From Nitrospirota bacterium (GTDB lineage Bacteria > Nitrospirota > Nitrospiria > 2-01-FULL-66-17): a stretch of 64,000 bases of DNA. The stretch spans positions 1 through 64,000 of the forward strand of contig JBMOMC010000002.1 of the NCBI GenBank assembly GCA_049325335.1. Direction: 5' to 3'. Below are positions 18,960 through 29,660 of this stretch, one piece after another; positions within the stretch are counted from its first letter, which is position 1, and each line of letters opens with the position of its first letter. Below the pieces are notes generated by a model. That model searched no databases, was not told the DNA's origin, and worked only from the letters and a program-made list of their open reading frames with translations. Both the position numbers and the translations under genes were made by a program.

Positions 18960-19484
18960 ATGATGCTGTCTGAATCCGCCAAATCCCGCATTCTGGACCT
19001 GCTCCCGCGGTATCCCGACAAGCGATCGGCCACGTTGGCCGCGCTGCGGATCGCGCAGGAGGAGAAGGGGTATGTCTCGGACGATGCGATGAGCGACATC
19101 GCGGTGTTGCTGGAACAGACGCCGGTGCAGGTGTACGAGGTCGCCACGTTTTACACCATGTACACGTTGTGGCCGGTGGGCAAGTTCCATATCCAGGTCT
19201 GCCGGACCTTGTCCTGCGCCTTGGTGGGCGCGGAGAGCATCATCGCATACTTGGAGCGCAAGTTGGGGATCAAAGTCGGCGAGACCACGCCAGACGGGTT
19301 CTTTACATTAAAGAAGGTGGAGTGTCTGGCTGGGTGCGGGGCCGGGCCCATGATGCAGATCAACGACGACTATTACGAGTATTTGACCACGCAGAAAATC
19401 GACCGGATTCTGGACGATTTGAAGCGAGAGGGGAAGTCCTCGCTCGCGTCCGGACCGTTCTTGATTCCACTCCAACTCACGTAG
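18960..19484 (+). CDS. nuoE: NADH-quinone oxidoreductase subunit E
   Basis: Motifs VATFYTMY, VCRTLSC, ECLAGC. Confidence 0.96.
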   Translation: MMLSESAKSRILDLLPRYPDKRSATLAALRIAQEEKGYVSDDAMSDIAVLLEQTPVQVYEVATFYTMYTLWPVGKFHIQVCRTLSCALVGAESIIAYLERKLGIKVGETTPDGFFTLKKVECLAGCGAGPMMQINDDYYEYLTTQKIDRILDDLKREGKSSLASGPFLIPLQLT

Positions 19485-19490
19485 ACGACC

Positions 19491-20792
19491 GTGCCTACAT
19501 ACGAACCGATCCTGTTAAAAAACATCCTGACGCCCGGATACGCGGGCGATTTGGCCGCGTACGAGCGAACCGGCGGATATCAGGCGATCCGCAAGGTGCT
19601 CAAGGAGTATCAACCCGACCATGTGATCGACCTGGTGAAAAAATCGGGCTTGCGGGGGCGCGGAGGCGCGGGGTTCCCAACCGGCACCAAGTGGAGCTTC
19701 ATCCCCAAGGATCCGTCATCGCCCAAGTACCTGTGCATCAACGCGGACGAAAGCGAGCCCGGCACGTTCAAGGACCGCCAGTTGGTCGAGCGCGACCCGC
19801 ATCAGATGATCGAGGGTTCGCTGATCGCGGCCTACGCGATCGGCGCAAAAGTCGTTTACATCTATATCCGCGGCGAGTTCGCATACGGGGCCAAGGTGTT
19901 GGAGCGCGCGCTGAACGAGGCGCGGGCCGCGGGCTACGTGGGGAAGAACGTCTGCGGGAGCGGGCACGAGATCGAAGTCTGGGTGCACCGCGGCGCGGGG
20001 GCCTACATCTGCGGCGAAGAAACCGCGTTGATCGAATCCATCGAGGGCAAACGTGGTCTACCGCGCGCCAAACCGCCGTTTCCCGCGATCAACGGCCTGT
20101 ATCAAAAGCCCACGGTGGTCAACAACGTCGAAACCATGGCCAATTTGCCGCACATCGTGAACCGCGGCGCGGAGTGGTACGTCACGATCGGCACGGCCAA
20201 GAGCACGGGCACGCGGATCTTTTCCGTGAGCGGGCACGTGAAGCGGCCGGGTAACTACGAGGTGCCGATGGGGATCCCGCTGCGCGAGTTGATCGACGAA
20301 CACGCGGGCGGCGTGCGCGACGGCCACCGGATCAAGGCGATCATTCCCGGCGGAGCCTCCGCCGCGTTCTTCACGCCCGAACACCTGGACGTGAAATTGG
20401 ATTTTGAGTCCGTGGCGCAGGCCGGTTCCATGTTGGGGTCGGGCGGCGTGACGGTCATGGACGAGACCACGTGTATGGTGTGGGCCGCGTACAACCTGAT
20501 GGGATTCTTCCACCACGAATCCTGCGGCAAGTGCACGCCCTGCCGCGAGGGCAGCAACTGGCTCTACACCATCATGGGGCGCATCGAACACGGCGAAGGC
20601 CGTCCGGAAGATCTGGCGCAGTTGGAGCATTTGTGCGGCAACATCGCGGGCAAGACCGTCTGCGCGTTTGGCGATGCCGAGGTGGCGCCGATCTTGAGCA
20701 CGCTCAAACATTTCCGCGACGAGTATGACGCGCACATCCGTGAGAAGCGGTGTCCGATGCGCGAGCACTCGGTCGCGGTGGGAGCCCATTGA
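19491..20792 (+). CDS. nuoF: NADH-quinone oxidoreductase subunit F
   Basis: Motifs NADESEPGTFKDR, YICGEETAL, ESCGKCTPCREG; operon position. Confidence 0.97.
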   Translation: MPTYEPILLKNILTPGYAGDLAAYERTGGYQAIRKVLKEYQPDHVIDLVKKSGLRGRGGAGFPTGTKWSFIPKDPSSPKYLCINADESEPGTFKDRQLVERDPHQMIEGSLIAAYAIGAKVVYIYIRGEFAYGAKVLERALNEARAAGYVGKNVCGSGHEIEVWVHRGAGAYICGEETALIESIEGKRGLPRAKPPFPAINGLYQKPTVVNNVETMANLPHIVNRGAEWYVTIGTAKSTGTRIFSVSGHVKRPGNYEVPMGIPLRELIDEHAGGVRDGHRIKAIIPGGASAAFFTPEHLDVKLDFESVAQAGSMLGSGGVTVMDETTCMVWAAYNLMGFFHHESCGKCTPCREGSNWLYTIMGRIEHGEGRPEDLAQLEHLCGNIAGKTVCAFGDAEVAPILSTLKHFRDEYDAHIREKRCPMREHSVAVGAH

Positions 20793-23473
20793 TGACCCCG
20801 ACAACCACTACCGCTCCCGCGACCAATCGAGTGACGCTGACTATCAACGGCCAGTCCGTGAGCGTGCCCAAGGGCACGCTGTTGATCGAGGCTGCCAAAC
20901 AGGCGAACGTCGATATCCCGCACTTCTGTTACCACCCCAAGTTGAAGCCGGACGCCAACTGCCGGATGTGCCTGGTCGAGATCGAGAAGGCGCCCAAGCT
21001 ACAAACGTCCTGTAATCTGCCGGTGGCCGAGGGCATGGTGGTGTCGTCCAATTCGCCCAAGGTGAACGAGGCGCGGGCGGGCGTGTTGGAGTTCATCCTC
21101 GCCAACCATCCGCTCGACTGCCCGATTTGCGACAAGGGCGGGGAGTGCCAGCTCCAAGATGAATCGCACGCCCACACCCCGAACTACAGCGCGTTCCGTG
21201 AGACCAAGCGCTTTTTCGAGAAGGAATACTTCGGTCCGCTGATCGACAAGGAAATGACGCGCTGCGTGCAGTGCCTGCGGTGCGTGCGCTACTGCGACGA
21301 GATCGTGGACTCGCGCGCGCTGGGCTCGCGCGACCGCGGCAATTCGCTGCAAATCGGCGGGATGGTGAACCGCGAGTTGGATTGCGAATTTTGCGGCGGC
21401 TGCATCCAGATTTGTCCGGTGGGCGCGTTGACCAGCCGCGTGGCCATGTACGATTACCGGCCGTGGCAGCTCAAGAAGATCGAGACCATTTGCCCGCACT
21501 GCGGCGACGGCTGCCGCCTTAAAGTCGAGAGCCGCGACAACGTGGCGCTCCGGATCACGTCGGATCACGGCCGCGGCCGCAACAACGGCGATTTGTGCGC
21601 TAAGGGCTACTTCGGCTTTGACGTGGTCAACCGCGAGGACCGGCTCAAGAAGCCCAAGATCCGGCGCGAGGACCGGTTGCTCGACGCCTCCTGGTTCGAG
21701 ACCAGCGCGTACGCGGCCAAGAGCCTGGCCGCGGTCAAAGCCAAATACGGCGGCTCCGCGATCGGGGGGATCATTTCGGCGCAGGCGCCCAACGAAGATC
21801 TCTACCTGTTCCAGAAATTCATGCGCTTGGTGTTGGCCAGCCCGCACGTGGACAGCACCGCGCGGTTGGGTCATCACAATGTCGTGGCGGCATTGCGCGA
21901 CGTGGTGGGCCATGGCCGCATGACCGCGTCATACGAGGATATCGATCACGCGAACGCGATCGTGGTGGTGGGCGCGGACCTGGCCGAGACCAACCCAGTG
22001 CTCTCGTACCGCGTGAAACAGGCCGCGCGTGTGCGAGGGGCCAAGCTGGTCACGATCGGGCGGTACGGGGCGAATCCCGGCGCGTTCGTGAGTAATCTCG
22101 TGAACCGCGCCACGCATCCCTTGACGACCGCGCCCGGACAGGAGCGCGCCGTGGTGCTGGGCCTGCTCAAGGCCGTGGTGGAATCCGGGAAAACCGACGC
22201 CGCGTTGCCCGCCGCGTACGCGGATCGAATTCGCCAACTGGCCGGCCGCGTGTCGTGGGACGATCTGTCGGCGCGGAGCGGTGTCTCGCGCCAGGCGATC
22301 GAGGCCGCGGCCGCGGCGTACGCCGGTGCGGGGCGCGCCGTGATCCTGTTCGGCCGAGACGTGGTGCGGTCGGCGGACGCGGTGGAAACCATCCGTCTGA
22401 TCGCGGACTTGGCGTTGACCGCGGGGAAACTGACCGCGCCGGGTTGCGGCGTCGGGTCGGCCTGCGATGAATCCAACGACCAGGGCGCGGTGGAGTTGGG
22501 CGCGACCCCGGAATACTTCCCGGGGTTGTCCCCCGTGTCCGATACCGCGGCGCGCCAGGCCGTGGCCGGAGCATGGAAAGACGAGCTTCCCTCTGGAACG
22601 GGCTGGACCCTGATGGAGATGTTGGAGCAGGCGCGGGCCGGACGGCTCAAGGCGTTGTATTTGGTGGGCGAAGATCCATTGGCCGATCTACCGGCCTCGG
22701 CCGACGTGCGCGGCGCATTGGCCAATCTGGAATTGCTGATCTGCCAAGACGCGTTTACGGGGCCATCCGCGGAGTTCGCGCATGTGGTCCTGCCGTCGGT
22801 GACGTTCGCGGAAAAAGAGGCGAGTTGGGTCAACCAAGAAGGCCGCGTGCAAAAGGGCAAGCAGGCCTTGGAGCCGGTGGGGCAGGCGCGGCCGGACTCG
22901 GAGATTTTTTCGGAGATCGCGGGCGCGATGGGATATCCGCTCGATTACGCGGGTCCGCGCGAGATCGCGCAGGAGATCGGGCGATTGGCTCCGGCGCTCG
23001 CGGTCAAAGGCGAAAGCCGGCATCCGGGGGGGGTGATCTCGTCCGCGTTGTCGGCGTACCTGGCCGGCGGGTACGCGGGCGATATCGAACGACGGGTCGC
23101 GCTGGGCACGGCGCCCGCGCCGTCGGGCGAGTATCCGTTCCAATTGACCATTACCCGGTCCTTGTTCCGCTCGGGCGCGTTGACCGCGCGGTCTGAAGCG
23201 TTGGAGAAGGCGCCGTATCAAGGGTTGTTGTTGATGCACCCGGATGACGCGGTGCGGCTGGGCGCGGCCGACGGCGCGCGCGCGCGGGTGCGATCCAAAC
23301 TGGGCACGGTGAGCGTGGGCGTTCGGGTGAGCGCCAAGGCGCGGCCCGGGCAGGTGTTGTTCCCCGAGCACTACGCGGACGCGATCCGCGATCTGGCGCC
23401 GGTGGAGGTGAATCCCGTGACGCGCGTGCCGGTGTTTACGCGCGCGGCGGTGGCGGTGGAGATTGAACGATGA
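20792..23473 (+). CDS. nuoG: NADH-quinone oxidoreductase subunit G
   Basis: Motifs [37 protein letters not shown]; molybdopterin-oxidoreductase-like C-terminus. Confidence 0.96.
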   Translation: MTPTTTTAPATNRVTLTINGQSVSVPKGTLLIEAAKQANVDIPHFCYHPKLKPDANCRMCLVEIEKAPKLQTSCNLPVAEGMVVSSNSPKVNEARAGVLEFILANHPLDCPICDKGGECQLQDESHAHTPNYSAFRETKRFFEKEYFGPLIDKEMTRCVQCLRCVRYCDEIVDSRALGSRDRGNSLQIGGMVNRELDCEFCGGCIQICPVGALTSRVAMYDYRPWQLKKIETICPHCGDGCRLKVESRDNVALRITSDHGRGRNNGDLCAKGYFGFDVVNREDRLKKPKIRREDRLLDASWFETSAYAAKSLAAVKAKYGGSAIGGIISAQAPNEDLYLFQKFMRLVLASPHVDSTARLGHHNVVAALRDVVGHGRMTASYEDIDHANAIVVVGADLAETNPVLSYRVKQAARVRGAKLVTIGRYGANPGAFVSNLVNRATHPLTTAPGQERAVVLGLLKAVVESGKTDAALPAAYADRIRQLAGRVSWDDLSARSGVSRQAIEAAAAAYAGAGRAVILFGRDVVRSADAVETIRLIADLALTAGKLTAPGCGVGSACDESNDQGAVELGATPEYFPGLSPVSDTAARQAVAGAWKDELPSGTGWTLMEMLEQARAGRLKALYLVGEDPLADLPASADVRGALANLELLICQDAFTGPSAEFAHVVLPSVTFAEKEASWVNQEGRVQKGKQALEPVGQARPDSEIFSEIAGAMGYPLDYAGPREIAQEIGRLAPALAVKGESRHPGGVISSALSAYLAGGYAGDIERRVALGTAPAPSGEYPFQLTITRSLFRSGALTARSEALEKAPYQGLLLMHPDDAVRLGAADGARARVRSKLGTVSVGVRVSAKARPGQVLFPEHYADAIRDLAPVEVNPVTRVPVFTRAAVAVEIER

Positions 23474-24537
23474 CCGGACTCGGACAACTCGTGGTGATGT
23501 TGCTCACCATCGGCGTGGTGATGGGCACGATCCTGATCCACGTCGCGTTTTTAACGTTGGCGGAACGGAAAGTCTTGAGCTGGATGCAGGATCGCCTCGG
23601 TCCTATGGAGGTGGGGACGTGGGGCCTGCTGCAACCCATTGCCGACGGAATCAAGCTGCTCTTAAAGGAAGACATCGTGCCCAGCGGCGCGAACAAGATC
23701 ATTTTCACGCTGGCGCCGATTCTTTCGCTCATTCCGGCCCTGATCGGGTTTGCGGTGATTCCGTGGGGCGACGGGCAGACCACCGTCTCGCTGCCGCTGA
23801 TCGGCGACGTGACGCTCCGCCCGTTCATCACGGACCTCAACATCGGCATCTTGTACTTGTTGGCGCTCTCGTCGGTGGGCGCGTACGGCATTCTGCTCGG
23901 GGGCTGGGCCTCGAACAGCAAGTACTCGTTGCTCGGCGGGCTGCGGTCGGCCGCGCAGGTCATCAGCTACGAACTCGCATTGGGCATGTCGTTGGTCGGG
24001 GTTCTGCTGATGGCAGGCTCGCTGTCGCTCGTGAAGATTTCACAGGCGCAGGCCGGCGGGTTCTGGCACTGGTACGCGTTCGGGTTTCCCCCGTTCTCGT
24101 CGAACGTCGCCTTTCCGCAGATCATTGCGCTTGTGCTCTACACCATCTCCGCGATTGCGGAAACCAACCGGTTGCCGTTCGATTTGCCCGAGGCGGAAAG
24201 CGAGTTGGTGGCGGGCTTTTTCACCGAATACAGCGGGATGCGGTTCGCGTTTTTCTTCCTGGCCGAATACGGCAACATGATCCTGGTGTCGTGTATCGCC
24301 ACGGTAGTGTTCCTGGGCGGGTGGCACGCGCCGTTTCCATTCTTGGATTTCATACCAGGCATCGTATGGTTCGTGCTGAAGGTCTATGGGTTCCTGTTCT
24401 TCTTTATCTGGATCCGCGGCACGCTGCCGCGGTTGCGGTATGACCAGTTGATGACGTTCGGGTGGAAGGTCATGATCCCGTTGGTGTTGGCCAATATCGT
24501 GATCACGTCGATCGCCGCGTACTTCTGGATGAACTAG
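23470..24537 (+). CDS. nuoH: NADH-quinone oxidoreductase subunit H
   Basis: Motifs [27 protein letters not shown]. Confidence 0.97.
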   Translation: MTGLGQLVVMLLTIGVVMGTILIHVAFLTLAERKVLSWMQDRLGPMEVGTWGLLQPIADGIKLLLKEDIVPSGANKIIFTLAPILSLIPALIGFAVIPWGDGQTTVSLPLIGDVTLRPFITDLNIGILYLLALSSVGAYGILLGGWASNSKYSLLGGLRSAAQVISYELALGMSLVGVLLMAGSLSLVKISQAQAGGFWHWYAFGFPPFSSNVAFPQIIALVLYTISAIAETNRLPFDLPEAESELVAGFFTEYSGMRFAFFFLAEYGNMILVSCIATVVFLGGWHAPFPFLDFIPGIVWFVLKVYGFLFFFIWIRGTLPRLRYDQLMTFGWKVMIPLVLANIVITSIAAYFWMN

Positions 24538-24549
24538 CGAGGTATCCCC

Positions 24550-25101
24550 ATGTCGTTTGCCTCTGCGGTCAATAACGTCATTTTTGGAGAGATCCTTCAA
24601 GGGCTCCGGCTCACGTTCAGCCATCTCTTCCATAAGCCCATTACCCAGCAGTACCCGCACACCAAACCCAAGCTGCCGGAGGGGTATCGCGGGATCATGT
24701 CGCTGCTGCGGTACGACGACGGCACCGAACGTTGCGTGGGCTGCGCGTTGTGCGAGATCGCGTGCCCATCGGGCGTGATCAAAGTGGTGAGCGCGGAAGA
24801 GCCGGATCGCCCGCTCAACCGGTTCGCCAAGACGTACACGTTCGACGTCACCCGCTGCGTGTTCTGCGGGTTCTGCGTGGACGCGTGCCCGGTGGACGCG
24901 TTGGCCATGACCAAGGAGTTCGAGTGGGCTTCCGAGAACAAGCGGACCTTGTTTCTCGATAAAGACCAGTTGCTCGCGAACGGCGACCGGTGTTTCCCGG
25001 AGCGCGGGAAAAAGCCCGAGTACAAGGGCTCGATCGAAGGCGACTGGTACGTGGCGAAGGTCAAAAACAAGCAGTATCCCACCCACGCCGAGACCGACTG
25101 A
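24550..25101 (+). CDS. nuoI: NADH-quinone oxidoreductase subunit I
   Basis: Two CxxCxxCxxxCP motifs. Confidence 0.96.
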   Translation: MSFASAVNNVIFGEILQGLRLTFSHLFHKPITQQYPHTKPKLPEGYRGIMSLLRYDDGTERCVGCALCEIACPSGVIKVVSAEEPDRPLNRFAKTYTFDVTRCVFCGFCVDACPVDALAMTKEFEWASENKRTLFLDKDQLLANGDRCFPERGKKPEYKGSIEGDWYVAKVKNKQYPTHAETD

Positions 25102-25604
25102 TGGCGCAAATTTTGTTCTTCTATTTTGCCGCGATTATCGTGGTAACCGCGGCGTTGGTCGTCACGCTTCGCAATCCCGTCTACAGCGCGCTGTCCATCT
25201 TCATCATGTTCTTTCACGTGGCGGGCATTTTTGTGTTGCTCAACGCGGAGTTCATCGCCGCGGTCCAAGTGTTGGTCTATGCGGGCGCGATCCTGGTGTT
25301 GTATCTGTTCGTGGTCATGTTGTTGAACCTCAAACGCGAAGAGCGGTACCACCAACAGTATTTGCTGGGCGGATTGCTGGGCGCCGTGATTATCACCGAG
25401 ATATTGCTGGTCTTGTTCCGGTCGAAGTTCTCTCCACCGATCGGTCCCTACACGCCGGCCGCGTTGCAGGCGGTCGGGAACACCGAGGCCGTCGGCAAGG
25501 CCATGTTCACCACGTACCTCTTGCCGTTCGAAGTCGCCTCGTTGGTGCTCCTGGTGGCCATGATCGGCGCGATCGTGCTCGCGAAAAGAGTGGTGCAACC
25601 CTGA
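25101..25604 (+). CDS. nuoJ: NADH-quinone oxidoreductase subunit J
   Basis: Motifs [22 protein letters not shown]. Confidence 0.96.
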   Translation: MAQILFFYFAAIIVVTAALVVTLRNPVYSALSIFIMFFHVAGIFVLLNAEFIAAVQVLVYAGAILVLYLFVVMLLNLKREERYHQQYLLGGLLGAVIITEILLVLFRSKFSPPIGPYTPAALQAVGNTEAVGKAMFTTYLLPFEVASLVLLVAMIGAIVLAKRVVQP

Positions 25605-25906
25605 TGGTGCCACTGTCCTATTACCTGGCCTTGTCCGCCATCCTGTTCGTGGTCGGGGTGGTGGGCGTGTTGATCCGCAAGAACATCATTATCATCCTGC
25701 TCTCGATCGAATTGATGTTGAACGCCACCAACATCAATTTCGTGGCGTTCTCGCACTATCTGCAGGACGTCACGGGCCAAGTTTTCGTTTTTTTCGTGAT
25801 GACGGTGGCGGCCGCGGAGGTGGCGATCGGGCTCGCCATCATCATCGCCTTGTACCGCAACCGCTCGACCATCAACGTCGAAGACATCAATTTGATGAAA
25901 TGGTGA
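25604..25906 (+). CDS. nuoK: NADH-quinone oxidoreductase subunit K
   Basis: Motifs [18 protein letters not shown]. Confidence 0.97.
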   Translation: MVPLSYYLALSAILFVVGVVGVLIRKNIIIILLSIELMLNATNINFVAFSHYLQDVTGQVFVFFVMTVAAAEVAIGLAIIIALYRNRSTINVEDINLMKW

Positions 25907-25934
25907 CGGTCGGCTCGCGTTCAAGGATCGCCTG

Positions 25935-27866
25935 ATGGAATATCTGGTACTCATCCCGCTTCTGCCATTCCTCGCGTTCCTGATCACCGGCCTGCTTGGC
26001 AAGTGGATCGGGGAGCGCGCGCATTGGGTCGCGGTACCCGCGGTGGCCGCATCCTGGCTGTTGTCGGTCATCGCATTTTTCCAGGTGGCCTCGGGCGGCG
26101 AGCCGCTGCGCATCACGTTGTACGAGTGGATTTCCTCGGGCGCGCTGCGTGTCAACCTCGCGCTGTACGTGGACCAACTCACCGCGGTGATGCTGCTGCT
26201 CGTGACCACGGTGAGCACTCTGGTGCACGTGTACACCATCGGCTACATGCACGGGGACAAGGGGTACGCGCGTTTTTTCAGCTACATCGCGTTGTTCACG
26301 TTCTCCATGCTCATGTTGGTGATGGCCGACAACTTCCTCCAACTGTACGTGTTCTGGGAAGCGGTGGGCCTGTGTTCGTATCTCCTGATCGCGCACTGGT
26401 ACGAGAAAAAGTCCGCGTGCAACGCCGCGACCAAGGCGTTTGTGGTCAACCGGGTGGGCGATTTCGGGTTCGGGTTGGGCATCCTGCTCGCGTTCGTGAC
26501 GTTCGGCTCGTTGGACTATGCCGTCGCGTTCAGCGTGGCGCCGGGATACGTGAGCCAGACCATCAACCTGCTGGGCTGGTTGGGCGGGGACTGGTCTGTC
26601 AACGTGATCACGCTGATCGCGCTCTTGTTGTTCGTGGGCGCGATCGGCAAGTCCGCGCAATTTCCGCTGCACACGTGGTTGCCGGACGCCATGGAAGGCC
26701 CCACGCCGATTTCGGCGTTGATCCACGCCGCCACCATGGTGACCGCGGGCGTATTCCTGGTGGCGCGACTCAATCCGATCTTCTCGCTCTCGCCCATGGC
26801 CATGGACGTGGTGGCGTGGGTCGGCGGGTTGACCGCGATCTTCGCCGCCACCATCGCGATTACGCAATTCGATATCAAGCGGATCGTGGCGTATTCCACG
26901 GTCAGCCAGCTCGGCTATATGATGATGGCGTGCGGGATCGGCGCGTACACCGCCGGCATGTTCCACCTGCTCACGCACGGGGCGTTTAAGGCTCTGCTCT
27001 TTTTGGGGTGCGGCAGCGTGATCCACGCGTTGGGCGGCGAGCAGGATCTGCGGCGCATGGGCGCGTTGCGCTGGGCCATGCCCATTACCTACTGGACATT
27101 CCTGGCCGGAGCGATCGCGTTGGCGGGGCTCCCGCCGTTCGCAGGTTTTTTCTCCAAGGACGAAATCCTCTGGGAAGCGTTTTCGGCCGGAGGCATGGGA
27201 ATCGTATTTTGGTTGATCGGTCTCGTCACCGCGTTCTTGACCGCGTTCTACATTTTCCGCCTGGTGTTCTCGGTGTTTCACGGCACCTCGCACGTGCCCA
27301 AGGAAGCGCGACACCATTTGCACGAGTCGCCTCCGGTGGTCACCGTGCCGTTGATCGCGCTGGCCGTATTGTCGCTGATCGCCGGATGGTTCGGGATTCC
27401 GAGCGAGGGCCTCAACGCGATCCGGCCGTTCCTGGCACCGGTGCTGGCGGCGCATCCGGTCGAAGCGCATGCGGAGAGCCACGCGCTCGAATACGCGCTG
27501 ATGGTGGTGTCGGTCCTGGTGGCTGCGGCCGGCGTGTGGTTGGCGCATCTGTTCTACGTCAAATCGCCAGAGCTGCCGGCGCGCCTGGCCGCATCGGCGG
27601 GCAATCTGTATCAATTGTCGTTGAACAAGTGGTACGTGGACGAGCTGTACGACAAAGTGTTTGTGCGCCCCACGGTGCAACTGGCGACGACGCTCTGGCG
27701 CAGTTTCGACGTGTTGGTGATCGACGGCGCGGTGAACGGGGTGGCGCGGGTGACGCAGGCGTGGGGCGCGACGCTGCGCGTCATGCAGAGTGGGCAGTTG
27801 CAGCATTATGCGTTGTTTATGGCGATTGGGGCGGTGCTCGTGGTCGGCGTCTACCTCCTCGGGTGA
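25935..27866 (+). CDS. nuoL: NADH-quinone oxidoreductase subunit L
   Basis: Motifs GKSAQFPLHTWLPDAMEGPTPISALIHAATMV, THGAFKALLF. Confidence 0.97.
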   Translation: MEYLVLIPLLPFLAFLITGLLGKWIGERAHWVAVPAVAASWLLSVIAFFQVASGGEPLRITLYEWISSGALRVNLALYVDQLTAVMLLLVTTVSTLVHVYTIGYMHGDKGYARFFSYIALFTFSMLMLVMADNFLQLYVFWEAVGLCSYLLIAHWYEKKSACNAATKAFVVNRVGDFGFGLGILLAFVTFGSLDYAVAFSVAPGYVSQTINLLGWLGGDWSVNVITLIALLLFVGAIGKSAQFPLHTWLPDAMEGPTPISALIHAATMVTAGVFLVARLNPIFSLSPMAMDVVAWVGGLTAIFAATIAITQFDIKRIVAYSTVSQLGYMMMACGIGAYTAGMFHLLTHGAFKALLFLGCGSVIHALGGEQDLRRMGALRWAMPITYWTFLAGAIALAGLPPFAGFFSKDEILWEAFSAGGMGIVFWLIGLVTAFLTAFYIFRLVFSVFHGTSHVPKEARHHLHESPPVVTVPLIALAVLSLIAGWFGIPSEGLNAIRPFLAPVLAAHPVEAHAESHALEYALMVVSVLVAAAGVWLAHLFYVKSPELPARLAASAGNLYQLSLNKWYVDELYDKVFVRPTVQLATTLWRSFDVLVIDGAVNGVARVTQAWGATLRVMQSGQLQHYALFMAIGAVLVVGVYLLG

Positions 27867-27870
27867 CGGG

Positions 27871-28055
27871 GAGCCTGTCCATGAACGGCCATCTGCGTTG
27901 TTGCCGCTGTGCTCCGGTACTCACGGTTTTCGTAGGGGCGTACGGCCGTACGCCCCTACAGGTTCGGGTGCTCGCGGCGCCTAGCGACCCACCGCCAAGA
28001 ATGGGATAGGCGGAAGTCCCCGAAGGGGGCATCTGGCCGATTCCTGGCAAGACTC
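27871..28055. repeat. Palindromic repeat family copy C (composite)
   Basis: Same left arm; internal gtaggggcgtacggccgtacgccccta hairpin and gcggaagtccccgaagggggcatctggc module. Confidence 0.85.
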
Positions 28056-28100
28056 GGCTTCGCTGGGAAGTAAAGAGTCAAAGGCAAGTAGGAAAAGACA

Positions 28101-29636
28101 ATGGGTGAGTCGAGTTTTCCGATAGTTTCTCTCGTGGTGTTCCTGCCGTTGGTCGGGGCCCTGGTGGGCCTCGTGCTGCGCAATGCGGAGGCGGTGCGGT
28201 GGGGGGCTCTTATCACCACGCTGGTCACGTTGGTGGCGTCGCTGCCGTTGTGGACCGGGTTTGACCGCGGGAGCCATGCGTTTCAGTTCACTGAGCGGGT
28301 GGACTGGATTCCGACGTTCAACATCGAGTACTCGGTCGGAGTCGATGGGATCAGTCTCTTGCTCGTTTTGCTGACCACGTGCCTCTCGCCGATCGTGGTG
28401 TTGTGCTCGTGGCGGTCGATCGACAAACGCGTCAAAGAGTTCATGACGTCCCTCCTGTTGATGGAGACCGGCATGCTCGGGGTCTTCGTCGCGTTGGACT
28501 TCGTGCTGTTCTACGTGTTCTGGGAGGCGATGTTGATCCCGATGTACCTCATCATCGGGGTGTGGGGCGGACCCAACCGGATTTACGCCGCGATCAAATT
28601 CTTCCTGTACACCCTGGCCGGCTCGTTGTTGCTCTTGGTGGCGATCATTGCCCTGTACTTCGCGGGCGGGCACACGTTTTCGATTCCGGCCCTCATGGGC
28701 CAACCGTATTCGGCGGCGTTTCAGTTCTGGGTGTTCCTCGCGTTCTTCGCGGCATTCGCGGTCAAGGTGCCCATGTTCCCGTTCCACACGTGGTTGCCGG
28801 ACGCACACGTGGAAGCGCCCACCGCGGGCAGCGTGATCCTGGCGAGCGTGTTGTTGAAAATGGGCGGATACGGGTTCATCCGGTTCTGCCTGCCCATGCT
28901 CCCCAATGCCTCGGCGCTGTTTACGCCGCTCATGCTCGTACTCTCGGTGGTGGCGATTATCTACGGCGCCTACATGGCGTTGGCCCAGACGGACTTAAAG
29001 AAACTCATCGCGTATTCCAGCGTGAGCCACATGGGTTTCGTGACCTTGGGCGTGTTCGCGTTTACGGCGCAGGGCATCGAAGGCGCGATGTTGCAGATGA
29101 TCAACCACGGGATCACCACCGGAGCCTTGTTCCTGTGCGTGGGCATGGTGTACGACCGGACCCACAGCCGGCAGATCGCGGATTACGGCGGACTGGCCAA
29201 GACCATGCCGATCTACGCCACGTTGTTGGTGATCTTCTCCTTGTCCTCGCTCGGATTGCCAGGCACCAACAGCTTCGTGGGCGAATTTCTAGTGCTGTTG
29301 GGCGCGTTTATCAGCCAGCCCGTGTTCGCCGTGATTGCGTCGTTGGGCATTATCCTGGCTGCGGTCTACATGTTGTGGATGGTCCAGCGGGTGGTGTTCG
29401 GGGAAGCCAACCCCAAAAACGCCAGCCATCCCGACCTGAGCCTGCGCGAATTGGCCACCGCGATTCCATTGGTGATCGCCGTGTTCTGGTTCGGACTCTA
29501 CCCGGCGCCATTGCTCGACGTGTTGCACGCGTCGGTTGATCACTTACTGGCGCAGACCGAGGTCACGGGCGGCGAAGTCGCAACCGCCGGGTGGTCGGAG
29601 CTCTGGAGTATGGTCCGCGCGGCGTTTTCGTCGTAA
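28101..29636 (+). CDS. nuoM: NADH-quinone oxidoreductase subunit M
   Basis: Motifs FWEAMLIPMY, KVPMFPFHTWLPDAHVEAP. Confidence 0.97.
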   Translation: MGESSFPIVSLVVFLPLVGALVGLVLRNAEAVRWGALITTLVTLVASLPLWTGFDRGSHAFQFTERVDWIPTFNIEYSVGVDGISLLLVLLTTCLSPIVVLCSWRSIDKRVKEFMTSLLLMETGMLGVFVALDFVLFYVFWEAMLIPMYLIIGVWGGPNRIYAAIKFFLYTLAGSLLLLVAIIALYFAGGHTFSIPALMGQPYSAAFQFWVFLAFFAAFAVKVPMFPFHTWLPDAHVEAPTAGSVILASVLLKMGGYGFIRFCLPMLPNASALFTPLMLVLSVVAIIYGAYMALAQTDLKKLIAYSSVSHMGFVTLGVFAFTAQGIEGAMLQMINHGITTGALFLCVGMVYDRTHSRQIADYGGLAKTMPIYATLLVIFSLSSLGLPGTNSFVGEFLVLLGAFISQPVFAVIASLGIILAAVYMLWMVQRVVFGEANPKNASHPDLSLRELATAIPLVIAVFWFGLYPAPLLDVLHASVDHLLAQTEVTGGEVATAGWSELWSMVRAAFSS

Positions 29637-29660
29637 AGCTTCGGGGGGGGATTGCGCACA

